Part shown: in pieces, positions 52,801 to 64,000 of the stretch | How positions within the stretch are numbered: the stretch's first letter is position 1 | Layout: every line of letters starts with the position of its first letter | NCBI GenBank assembly: GCA_002633005.1 | Contig: NMRA01000155.1 | Location: 365,844-429,843, forward strand | Direction: 5' to 3' | Origin: Phoronis australis | Lineage: Eukaryota; Animalia; Phoronida | DNA length: 64,000 nucleotides | Notes under the pieces: generated by a model | What the model was told of the DNA's origin: nothing | Database searches by the model: none | What the model saw: only the letters and a program-made list of their open reading frames with translations | Program-made: the position numbers and the translations under genes

Positions 52801-55800
52801 CAAATGAGCAAATATCATATAAAGTACCAAGTGGGTATACCAAACAGCCAACTGGGCTATAACAATCTGCAAAGCAGGTTCCGGACAGGCTGAGAGAGCA
52901 GACCAGCGGGAGTGATCAAAAGAGATATTGTAAGGAACTTGGTGTTGTGGCTCAGTATGTGCCGAGAGTTGTGACCGGGGTGGAAAGAGGCAAGCTGCAA
53001 AGATGGACACTCGAGTACAGGTGTATCTGCTAGCTAGTGACGTATTTTCTTGCTTGACGGTAACACGCTCCGGGCTTGAAGGAGGTACCAGTAGTGACTG
53101 CAATAACAAGAGTAACTCACAGCAGAGTTTTTTCGATAAAAGGTAGCGACGTTGGGAAAGGTATAAATCGGTTGAATTGAGATTTTGTGGAACCCAGGGT
53201 AGGGAGCGTGGGAGAGGTATCAAATTGTCTAATTAAGAAAACTTACGAGTGAATGTACTGTTGCTTGAGGCTGGGCCAACAGGAAGGTGAAGAGAAAGAA
53301 CAAACAGCGCTACCATCGGACTTGTTAGGAACTAACTAGGAGTTGGATATGAAGCATGAAGGGCTGTATAATGTTATTTGCCCAATAATAGGATTTATGT
53401 CAGAGTGCCATAAATCTCCTTATTGGGGACAAATAAAACAACAACAATAATATATATTTTAGGTTGTATTGGGAATTTCAGGGTCACAGCTCCACAAATG
53501 AATATTTCACAGAAGGAACCAGGTGGGTTCCTTAATTACATGAAATAACACATTTACGATAACCAGTGTGTAATTGAGGATCGCAGATTAGCAAAATACC
53601 AAATGGGTACATAATACCAAATGGGTATTGGCCGATTTCCTACCAAGTAGGTCGAGCAAAACGGCAAATTCAATAACAATTACCAAATGGGTTCAAACTG
53701 CCAAATGGGCAAATATCATTTAAAGTACCAAGTGGTTACACCGAACAGCCAAAGGGGCTATAGCAACCTGCAAAGCAGGTTCCGGACAAGCTGAGTGAGC
53801 AGACCAGCCGCAGTGATAAAAAGATATTGTAAGGAATGTGATGTGTGGCACAGTATGTGCCACATGGGCAGAGTTGTTCATGGATGAACAATTCTGTCCA
53901 CCGCCCCTCTTAATTTATATTTTGCCATAGGCACCTCCCACGATAACAACTTATTTTCAGCATCAAAATAGTCATTATTGATGAAATCTTTACAATATTG
54001 TGACTTAGGCCTATTATTAAGTGTTATATCTCTGTTATGCCATATCATCTGGTCACAAACAGTCACATCTTTAAAAACATTGTGATTCCAATGCTCACTC
54101 ACCGACAAAATTTCTCGATAAAAATTATCGGTTATCGTTTTAAACAGTTTGTTTACGTTAAAGTCACACGACCAAACCAGTTCACCACCATCACTGAGAA
54201 TCGTTATGAAAATTTGTAAATGTGTCCCTACTGGTAAGAGCATGGCTGACGGTTTTTGAACAGTTTGGCAACTGTGGCGCCCTCTAGTGACAGTTTGCTT
54301 TTTCTCATCCGCAGCTGTTTCTCCCTGCAGGATCTTTGTGAAATTTGGCAAGCTTATTTCTATGAACGTGACTACAGTAGACTACGTTTGGACGTATATG
54401 ACTACCACTATATTCTCAGTGCAAGTTTTATTTTTTACGGTCTTGTCAGGTGCGCACCTATTAAGGAGAGCATGCTGACTTGCTATGCACCCATAGAGGC
54501 TACTAGCATTTCTCCATACATGCGCTATATGCGATGCACACGGTGGGCGCACATCAAAGCTCCACGTTGCTCTTGTTTAGTGAATGTATTAAAACGTGTT
54601 GTATGGTTGATCTAGTTTTCGACAAAAAAGCAAATAAACGTAAGAACGATATATCACCCCTCGTCCAGATTATCAACTCCCTGGTATCAGAAGTGCATAA
54701 CTAGCACAAAATGAAGAATTTCAAAATAATTTTCTTTTAAAACACTGATTGCGGATAAATGTCACACAATCAGAGAGGGGATTGTGATATTTTGAGATCT
54801 GAAATAAACCTTTTGCTATTAGACTGGTTTGTTAAACTTCATTAATCCTATTTCATGGTTTTCAAGACTGTAAATAATTGTATGAAACAGGAGCACGACT
54901 TTTTATAGAATGCGCCCAGGGGCTTAATTGTCAGATTGATGTTGCGTATTCTGTGAAGTGTTTTAAAAAACACTTAAAGACAGTTCATTCATTCCGCCAA
55001 TAGGTACAGGCAGTTGCCCGTCATGGTTTTTATACACGGAGGAGAATACGTCTATGGTTCCAAGAACTCATATTTTGGAAACGGTTTGGTCCAGAGAGAG
55101 GTCATTTTGGTCGTGATAAACTATCGACTCGGTGTCCTTGGGTTTTTGGCTACTGGTATGTATTATCCGTGTGTGAGGCTTAAAAGCATAACCCTCTTAT
55201 TTCGTACGCTTGCCAGTTATAAGAAAATGTCAGTTGAATCAAAACTCCCAACCGATGTCTAGTTACATAACAAGAGTTTTGTTTTCAAATGTGAATACCG
55301 GAAACTTAGATATTAAACCAAGTTTTTGTGATTTTACCCAAAACTGCTTTTGTCGCCTAATTTTACACTTAGTAGGTAAGACCCTGGCCGGAAAGCTGAA
55401 AATTATTCACCTAAAGCTATGTTTTCACTGTTATAAAACGGATTCGGTGGTTCCAGACGTGTGGTCTTTTCTCGCAGGAAGCGTCATTGACGATTTCCAA
55501 TTTAGCAGATTTTGTAAGGAATTGTCGAACTCGAATCAAATTTTTGGGGATTCACGAAAGCCTAAAAAGTATTATTTCGCTCAATGAATTGGTAAATATC
55601 CGTATTTAGTATTTATTTAAAGTGGCATTTGCTCTTTACTCATCGCCAGGTTAATTGACGACTCAACATATGTCACAGGTTTCCCATACTACGTTAGAAA
55701 ATGATTTTCGTTTTCAAACCTAGGTTATCGGTTAGTAAAGAGGCCGTTCAAAGTATTTGATTTTAAAGCTGTTACAGACCCGCCTTTCATATCGTTTGAT

Positions 55801-58800
55801 TACCACCACTTACTGTTATAAAACTGGTTTCTTAGGCTGGAGATTAATTCAAGGCTTCGAAAGGGCTGACGGTTTGTTGTTGATTGAGATCAGCTCTACA
55901 AGTCGGCTGATCAATTAATGCGCCGTGCACTGATCTCAACGAATAGCAAATTGTCAGTTCTTTGCAAACCCCGAACCTGAACGAGTTAGGGCCACCTTTA
56001 TAGTGGTATGTGGTTTTCAAATTTAAAAGTCAAAAAGTTGCTTCTAGCCACTTTAACACTTGGTTAGTTCTTCCCAGGTTGAACTGTTAGGTATGGTAAT
56101 GTACTGTCTGAATTTTTGATAATTGTGGCAACCAATTACCATCGATAGGAAATTGGTGAGTTCATTTTCGTAGAATGAAAGAGCCTTGCTAGGGATTTTA
56201 GTGTTTCGGCTTTAAGTAGGGAGGAAATGTCTTATAAGACTTTTGAATTTCCGGTGGTGCACAAGCAAAATGGCCGCCGGTATGACAACCGGAACCCCAA
56301 AGTTAATTTTTGTTATTAGTCTCGGAAATAAGCGATTTAAATGTTGAGCTTGTTAAATTAAATTGAAAATTTAAGGTGTCTGACAGAAGTCTGTTGAATT
56401 TATCAGATTTGCATTTTTTATTGAAACTTTAAACAGATACAGAGGCTGACTTAAAATCATAGCGCATAAATTACAGTTATTCCTTTGCACCATTTTGGTG
56501 GAGATTTTCTTCTGATTTGCCCTGTTCACAAAATTATAGAAAGTCTGAATATTTTGTGACGCCTTATTTACGAGGATTCATTTCTCCTTCTGCAAATCGT
56601 CAGTTACAATTATCGAAGTGAATGACGTTTAGTGGATATTAATGAACAAAAATAAATGCGTTATGACCTTGTAATTTTTTTATTTAATGATGTTTGCGAA
56701 ACATATTTTAAATTGGTGACAACAAAGAAAGGAACAGACTGCTTAGGCTTCCCTACTTGAACTTTAATGTGTGCTGACTAGATACAAACTAAAAACTGGA
56801 AACAAACTGATTAAATGAAATCAAATGGTGATGGATACTTCACAAGAAAAATTATTTCGCCATTACATTCTTTACAGGAGACAAAGCGTCAATAGGTAAT
56901 TACGGTCTTATGGATCAACATTTGGCTCTGAAGTGGGTGAAGGAAAACATTGGGCACTTTGGAGGTGATCCTAGTAAAGTAACTATCTTTGGAGAATCCG
57001 CTGGAGCCGGAAGTGTTATGTTCCAAGTAATAGCACCAGCCAATAGAGGACTCTTTAAACGAGCTATTGCTGAGAGTGGCGCCACCGAGTGCCCATGGTC
57101 ACTTGTCACAAACGAAACAGCTCTTGTAAATGCGAAACGAATGGCGGAAAAAGTAAACTGCTCCTCGACAAGTACCCACATGATGGTTAATTGCCTGAAG
57201 CGAATCGACGCCATGGATGTCATTAATGCTGGGGGGGATTTCATGAGTCCTATCTCCATGAATCCTGTTACTGATGGCCATTTCATTCCGAAGTTACCGG
57301 AGCAGATGTATAAAGATGGTGTAGCGCGAAATATCACGGTTATGATGGGACGTACGAGGCATGAAGGTTACGGTTCTATTGACTATCCAGAACTAGTACT
57401 TGCGCGACTTAGAATGGAAGAGAAAAGTCCGTCTTTGGCCAAAGCTGTCGATTTCTATTACCGTGATTTCTTTAAAGCTGTTCAGAATGGGCTCACTGAC
57501 TGGGAAGACAAACTACAGTTGGTTGACTTAGAGACTGATTATATGTTTTCGTATGGTATCGAGAAAGAAGCGAATCTTCACGTTAGGTAAGAATGCTCCT
57601 CTGGTGGTAAACCTTTTACTTTATTTTTATGCGCCCACATGCTTATGTGCGATTGCATATTGCAGTCATCACTGTCTGGGCGTCCGTTACTGTATCTCCT
57701 AAACCCTTCACTGGATCTTAATGCCTATTTGGCAGTAGTGTTTCTATGACGCAGACGACGAATGGTGAATAAATTCGGATTGATCCGACTACTACTAGTG
57801 ACAGTTTTACTTTCTTACTTTTGCCTCTCTATCGTTGGAATTCTTGGATGAATTTTCATGAAATTTGGCAAATAGGCTTCTATAAAGACGACGACATTTT
57901 TCTATTCTCGGACGGCTTGGAAGACTCTGCGTTGCCTGGTGGCCTTTTTTAAAAATTTCAAGTCAGTTTTTGGCGTCCAACATTCTGTCAGCCAAACTGC
58001 TTGAGGGATCATTATGAAAATTGGCAAGCTTGTTCCTAATGAGGAGACTGAAGTTGACAGTAATTTTTGGATGGGTTTGATTTCTCTGGCGCCCCCTAGT
58101 GGGGAATTCATTTCACCAGGGAATGTCGTAACTCGATCTTCAGTTTCGTTGGGACATTACCCGATGAAATTAATTCTCGATAGTATATGGCAGTAATATT
58201 CTTACGTATGTGGGATAACCTATTTATTCCATATATGTATGGACTTATTTGCATCATCGTGGCAATACCTTGTTGCCCTGTGATTTGGCTTGTTGTTATA
58301 TGACGTCATATGCATTCCAAGACATGGACGGCACAAGGCACTGAAAAAGTGGGGGACTAAAGCCTCCTTAGCTCCCCTTTTACGTGGTGCACCGCCTATA
58401 GACCATGTGCGGTGAAGCCATAACTGAGAAAGTGGAGGCTATAGCCCCCAGCCCCCTATGGTGCGCCGCCCATGCAAGAACGTACCTAAGCCGGTTAAAC
58501 GACAAGACAATACGTGAAAGTGTTGAATAGCAAGTAAAGTTTTATTTCAAAATAAATTGATCAGAAATTTCAATATGTGAAACATGCACGATACAGCATC
58601 GACCCATTCAATAATATCAAACGTTTGTCGGAAACTTAGAAACACTAGCTTCCTGGTCTATTTTCGTGTCTTCGCTTCTGGAATGTAAATAGTAATAGAA
58701 ACATTTCCCCGTATTGATCACAGATTGAAAAATAGCGGTGGAAACTGCTGATTTGCTGAACTTGAGGTAAGGACTGTATCGCAAAAAGCAAAGTTTACGC

Positions 58801-60295
58801 TATGGCCTGTAGCGACGGAGGGTACGTTGAACTCTGCGAGCAGACGATTGTCCCAGTAAAAAAGCACATACTCGATATTAGGTTATAATTTCTTGTAAAG
58901 ACCTTAGCTCTCAGTGTAGTTATGCTGTATCTATAAAAAACGAAACGCTTTTGTTGGATTTGAGTTAGATTTTTGGCTGATTTTGCTGCCCGGTGACGCT
59001 ACTGAGATTGACCTATTTAAAATGACTCAAACTGAAACTTCAGCGAGGCCCCAAAATAGCCACCATGGGTCGGAATTTTCATCGGTATTTTTTCTATTTT
59101 TGGAGCAATAAAACTGCTTTTTCAGGTGCGTTGCACACGCAAATTTACTACACAAGAAAACGGCTCACTAACCGTGAAATACGGCTTCAACCGTTGAATA
59201 CGGCCTCTACCGTGGTATACTGATTGGCTATATTTTCCAAAATTTCACAGTTGATAACGTGACGTATACAACATCCGTATTTTCACCTATATTTGATAAA
59301 TGTACGCCAGTAATGATTCTTGTGCTTGACTGAGTGAAAGTTTTATTTTGTCTTTTGTTTCAGCAACGGGGGAAAGTTGTATAGGTTCCTGTTCAATTTC
59401 CACGCTGGCGTCTTCTACTTTTATAATTCCTCCACCCCAGACTTCATATACGGAGCTCACGGTGAAGAGTTGGCGTACGTCTTCGGCAACGCGTGTGTAC
59501 GCATGCCAGAGCTTGATTTAATGGTAAAACGTGTCAAAGTGACTAAAAGCGATATCACCATGTGCCACGCAATGATGGACATGTGGACTAACTTCGCCTA
59601 CACGGGGTAAATTGTCTATAAGAGTTAAAGAGCTGTAATCCTCTATTTGGTCAAAATGCACTCTTGCTTTGGCCAACTAACCATCATAAAACTGACTTTG
59701 ATTTGTTCCGTAGTCAAATTAGAAGTGTTTGCTTGACTTGGTAAGAACTGACAGATCGCTATCGCTCGAGACCTTGCACGCCGGATAGAGTGACTGACCG
59801 TGTCGAGCCAATTTTTGGGTTGTTGAATATTCTATAACTTATCAAACTTTAAAACCAATGCTGGGATTCTCAGGAAGTCTTTCAGAACATTAACTGGAAA
59901 ACGACAGTTCTTCTGTTTTTGCCAACACAATTTACTTGTGCACACTCTCTTTGGCAGCCTACCAAACCCACCTGTACCCTAAAAATTTTAAAACTGAAAG
60001 TCGTTGATACACTCATTAAAACAAATGTCCATTGTTTATATATTTTAGGCACCCATTAATGGGCAGACGACATTTCAATTTACATTGGCCTCAATACACA
60101 ATGGATACACCATACATCTTCAATATCAACGAAAACCTCACCATGTCATCTGGTGACGACTTGGTAGTTACACCTCATGGCAATCCAGAGCTGTTCCGCC
60201 CCAAGAAGGTTGCGTTTTGGAACAAATTGGCTCCAGAGCTCAGGAAAATCGACATCCCCAAGTTGTGCAATGCGTCAACTACGCCAATGCCTTAG
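42427..60295 (+). CDS. Tandem two-domain carboxylesterase-like protein, copy 3, ~1106 aa, 7 coding exons
   Basis: join(42427..43856,44285..44574,48332..48581,55004..55155,56878..57586,59364..59606,60049..60295) = 3321 nt in frame; domain 1 QDSGF/GVGSG, domain 2 HGGEY/GESAG/HEG/HGEE. ATG 42427 chosen by homology to copies 1 and 2, not the upstream ATG at 42370. Confidence 0.9.
44285..44574 (+). CDS. copy 3 exon 2
   Basis: TTTTCAG| ... G|GTAATT; 290 nt. Confidence 0.88.
45995..46846 (-). mobile_element. Family A HINE-like element (46138..46846) next to a second ~130-bp hairpin element end (45995..46127)
   Basis: Collinear with 2100..2798; hairpin ATTACATG...CATGTAAT, part of which is matched in reverse at ~28345-28410. 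Confidence 0.6.
47000..47922 (+). repeat. Near-identical ~460-bp direct duplication across an N gap
   Basis: 47000..47460 = 47462..47922; n at 47461. Confidence 0.9.
48332..48581 (+). CDS. copy 3 exon 3
   Basis: CTTTAG| ... AG|GTATGT; 250 nt. Confidence 0.9.
50015..50430 (+). mobile_element. Family C HINE-like element 5' part with (GTCC/GTCT)n microsatellite
   Basis: CCGTCCGTCCGTCTGTCCGTCCGTCT then CATGAAATTTGACA / CCTAGTGG units. Confidence 0.55.
50760..53165 (+). repeat. Near-identical ~1.2-kb direct duplication across an N gap
   Basis: 50760..51960 = 51962..53165; n at 51961. Confidence 0.9.
52521..53387. mobile_element. ~870-bp solo-LTR-like or TIR element with TATTGGG...CCCAATA termini; diverged partial second copy at 53421..53870
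   Basis: Termini TATTGGGGACAAATAA / TTATTTGCCCAATA; internal TACCAA(A/G)TGGG repeats; absent from the homologous site in copy 2 intron 3 (~28705). Confidence 0.55.
53878..54245 (-). mobile_element. L1/Tx1-like LINE ORF2 fragment
   Basis: Peptide ...NFYREILSVSEHW...QMIWHNRDITLNNRP resembles the post-RT region of L1/Tx1 ORF2. Confidence 0.55.
55004..55155 (+). CDS. copy 3 exon 4 (HGGEY)
   Basis: AATAG|GTACAG ... G|GTATGT; 152 nt. Confidence 0.88.
56878..57586 (+). CDS. copy 3 exon 5 (GESAG)
   Basis: TTTACAG| ... AG|GTAAGA; 709 nt. Confidence 0.92.
58323..58474. mobile_element. 152-bp hAT-like mini-MITE with 5-bp TSD CAAGA
   Basis: CATGGACGGCAC...GCGCCGCCCATG, with CAAGA on both sides. Confidence 0.7.
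59364..59606 (+). CDS. copy 3 exon 6 (HGEE)
   Basis: TTTCAG| ... GG|GTAAAT; 243 nt. Confidence 0.9.
60049..60295 (+). CDS. copy 3 exon 7
   Basis: TTTTAG|; ends LCNASTTPMP*. Confidence 0.88.
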
Positions 60296-62890
60296 CTGAA
60301 GTTACTGCAGGAACTCATTGACTAGTCGGCGGGGGTGTTTAGCCAACTATCTACAGTAATGTAGGTTTTAACTCAGTAAAAGTATATATTTTCTGAAAGT
60401 AGAAAGCCGAGAGAATGTCATTCTTGACCTTATGCTAATATGCTATTAATTAGGTCATGGGGCCGTGTCCCTTTAGTAAAATTTAACAAAAAAATAAAGG
60501 TACCTACCATGAAAAACAACGGTATCAAAAGCACGGCCAAATTTGACTTGATGAAAATCTTCAGGAGGAAATCTCCAAAGCGCTGTCCCTTCGTTTTTGC
60601 ATCTTTCGATTTTTTTTCTTAAAAACAGTGCAAGTTTTATTTTCTATAGTATGTCATGCAAAAGTGGTACATTTTAAAAAGTATTGTTAACATGATGTTG
60701 CACAACATGGCATAAAGCGTGGTATCTGAAAGCTGCGATCAGTCATTTTGGAAATACATGTGTGATGCTCCGAAGATAGCCAAGTTTGGACATTTTCGAG
60801 GGTGCTGTATAAACTTAGAGCGTTCCATCCAAGAAGTGAACTTTTAATTAAATCGATTTGCTTATGTAAAATTGGTCTCAAGTTGTGCCTAACTCAAATG
60901 GGAAACCATTTCTGGGTTTGCCGAAAACGACATTTCGTTATTGCTTAGTACAATGCTCGGTACACAAAATGGCACTGTGTGACAAATAAACACTTGTAGA
61001 GTATAGCCTAAAGCGATAACGAACTATCAGTTTTTTCGAACTCCCAAAATCACCTCGAATTTGAATGGGGAAAATTTGAGACCAGGGTCTAAATCAAAAT
61101 TAGTTTTCGTGATAGAAGGTTGATTTATAACCGCTTTAAATCGAGGCGAGGCCGTTTCATTTGAACTCTCTAACTATACTACCTGACATTTTCGGTAACA
61201 TTTACAAACACAGTACAGAGCCATATCTACAGCTGTAATGTTTGTAGGGTTTCCGAAATTGAGCACTGTCAACAAGAATCGAACAAAAACAATGCTTTGT
61301 GAGAAACAGGACATTATTATTTATTTCTGCACGTTTTGTCTTATCTACAAAATACACTTAAAGCTGCATTTCGATATGCTTGGCTGGCAAAAAATTGAAA
61401 ATCGAATTTTGCCTTTTACTCGTATGATATCGGTAGCATAATTTTCGAACGATTATACATGATTCCATATCCACTGCCAACAAGAACATCTGACCATCAG
61501 CGGCTCAAGAAATGATTCAGAGTTTGTTGTAGTTCGCTAATCCTAAAATTGCAATTTCGTAAATGGAGCACAAACGCATTGCCTGTGACTTGAGTCGCCG
61601 TCTCATTTGGCAAGATTTCCAGTCCGGGTAAACGCGGTAGTACTTTTAAACCACAAAAACGCTTCGGTTAAGAATTCAGTTTTTCATATTCAGCCATCTA
61701 AACAGAGCGAAATGCTGCTTCAACTAAAGGTACTGTTGGTAAAACCAATTTCTTCCTCATTCCAAGTCGATGACGAATATTTGGGGTGCCGACTGTACGT
61801 CTTGGTTTTTTTTTAAGAATAATAAAGAAATGATTTGAACAAGCTTGACACAATGGTTTCTTCTTTTATTATAACTCAATAGTTAAGTAATCACGATAAC
61901 AACATCTTTACAACTGTTGTAAGGTTGTCCAATGGACCAATAGATTTTCTAGTCAAGCAACAAAAATTTTAACTTCACATTGTATGTATTCAGACATTGG
62001 GTGATGGAAGCCATGAACAGATGCACTCGTATACCACCAATGTTTTTATTATGTCGAGAATTTCTATGAAAAGGATAACATGTGCCTAAATTATTTCATT
62101 TCTGTATCGGAGTAAAGAACGTATGTTATAATAAAATGTAAATTTCAGTCAGATTCAATTCGTTGCCGCAATACAATGTCAGATGTTACTACGCTTATTC
62201 GATCATTCTATAGACGTCATTTTCCGTACAACTTACCTATACATCTAACAATTCACACGATAACGTCACTCTGAAATGCACAAACTTTGTATCGAACGAC
62301 CTTGGGCATTTCCAGTTCATTTCACTTGTACTTGTTTCACTCGAACTTTATCATTCAACATGAAGCTAGGACTGCCGATGGGAAGGGCGGACGCAAAGTT
62401 GGGCAGAACGGAAAAGAAATAGGGTGGACCGGCCTCAGACAAACCTTATGTGTAGGGTAGATGTGAAATCGAAAGGAGAATCGTGTCATCGGCTTGTTGC
62501 AAAATTTTCAAATGCGGTGAGGTTATATTTACCTTTTACATTATCATTTTGGCTAAACATTGAGGCTGTAATATCAGCACAGATAATAAACAAGTAGGGA
62601 GACACAGAATCACCTTGGCGGCAGCGTGACCGAGTTCACTATTTTAAAATACCGTCAAGTGAAGCCATGTTGGATAACACAAAGTTTTGCGCCTTTGTTC
62701 AGAAGACGACCTCAGCTTATAAATGTTTTGCCGGCATTGCAAAAACATAAAGTTTTGTAAATAAATTTCCACGACACAGAATCCAATGTTTCTTAGAAGT
62801 CTACTATTATTAAAAGACCAGCAATACTGTATTTATCAATGAACTGGAATAGATCATTTATTGTGCGTTTGTTTCTCCAATAAATCTTCC

Positions 62891-64000
62891 CTTTGTGAAT
62901 CCTGTCGGATCGCTATTTATCAGTTCACTATTACTACAATCCAAAGAGACAGCCCGAGAGAATCTTATAGCTCGTATTTAACAAAGGTATAGGTCGCCAT
63001 TTTCATAGATGCTCTCTTGATTTTCCCTTAGGAATGATACAAATAGCACCTTGGTGTTCCTATAAGCAACCGGATTTAAATCTTCTATTGAACGATCTCA
63101 GCATAAAGACGGAACTAATAAAAACTCGGATGAGAAACCATCAGGACCAGGCGTTTCGTTTTTTTTTTTTATTTATCCCATACGCGTTGAATCAGTTGAG
63201 GGAAATACGGCCATATAATAATGTTTCCCGTATTCACCTCCCGCACTACTTCAACAGTGACCTCTGACATTGAAGGTTCAAAACGTAGGTCAATGTCGAC
63301 TCGACGTCGTTAGCCGGTTAGATCATCAAACTTGCGGATATAGCTTAAAGGAATACAATTGTAGCACTGTAACTACCACTCAACATGCACCCAGGTCTCA
63401 ATATTTTTAACGGCAAGCAAGTGGCAGGTCTACAGGGCAATTCAGGATGTTCAATCCCCCCAATCCTCTTCCATCGCAAAACCTGTACGTTCGATGGCNC
63501 TTTGTGAATCCTGTCTGATCGCTATTTATCAGTTCACTATTACTACAATCCAACGAGACAGCCCGAGAGAATCTTATAGCTCGTATTTAACAAAGGTATA
63601 GGTCGCCATTTGCCTAGATGCTCTCTTGATTTTCCCTTAGGAATGATACAAATAGCACCTTGGTGTTCCTATAAGCAACCGGATTTAAATCTTCTATTGA
63701 ACGATCTCAGCATAAAGACGGAAATAATAAAAACTCGGATGAAAAACCATCAGGACCAGGCGTTTCGTTTTTTTTTTTTATTTATCCCATACGCGTTGAA
63801 TCTGTTGAAGGAAATACGGCCGTATAATGATGTTTTCCGTATTCACCTCCTGCACTACTTCAACAGTGACCTCTGACATTGAAGGTTCAAAACGTAGGTC
63901 AATGTCGACTCGAATTCGTTATCCGGTTAGATCATCAAACTTGCGGATATAGCTTAAAGGAATACAATTGTAGCACTGTAAATACCACTCAACATGCAAC
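62891..64000 (+). repeat. Near-identical ~610-bp direct duplication across an N gap (second copy runs off the window); contains the family A element 5' end
   Basis: 62891..63498 = 63500..end; n at 63499. Confidence 0.88.

Noticed and set aside
51507-53223. 141-aa and 172-aa minus-strand ORFs
   Set aside because: Lie inside the non-coding LTR/TIR-like repeat and its artefactual duplicate; no recognisable domain
9848-57337. Recurrent antisense ORFs (9848, 15507, 25681, 31881, 43146, 56915 etc.)
   Set aside because: Shadows of the conserved sense exons; no independent motifs
24962-60295. Copies 2 and 3 as two haplotypes of one gene
   Set aside because: Exon divergence (about 9% in exon 4) and different intron TE content far exceed the differences seen in the gap-associated allelic overlaps

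Overview
AT-rich, repeat-rich eukaryotic (probably invertebrate animal) genomic DNA with spliceosomal introns and several scaffold gaps. The window is dominated by a tandem array of three intact + strand paralogous genes, each with 7 coding exons (ATG at 9129, 24962, 42427; about 1102, 1106 and 1106 aa). A fourth copy probably starts just beyond the right edge. Each gene encodes a signal peptide followed by TWO type-B carboxylesterase/cholinesterase-fold domains. The N-terminal domain is a pseudo-esterase that has lost all three triad residues and has an altered oxyanion motif (GVGSG, NSNGG, GVPAG, QDGG). The C-terminal domain is catalytically intact (HGGx, GESAG, HEG, HG[D/E]E). Its third oxyanion-loop residue differs between paralogs (Gly/Ala/Glu); this is the position of the Lucilia E3 G137D organophosphate-hydrolase switch. 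Introns and intergenic DNA hold transposon remnants: a DD37D maT/mariner fragment, LINE fragments, Helentron/HINE-like elements, MITEs and an LTR/TIR-like repeat. Four near-identical tandem duplications sit on single-N gaps and are probably assembly artefacts. All exon boundaries were derived by hand from GT/AG sites and reading-frame continuity; no database searches were run.
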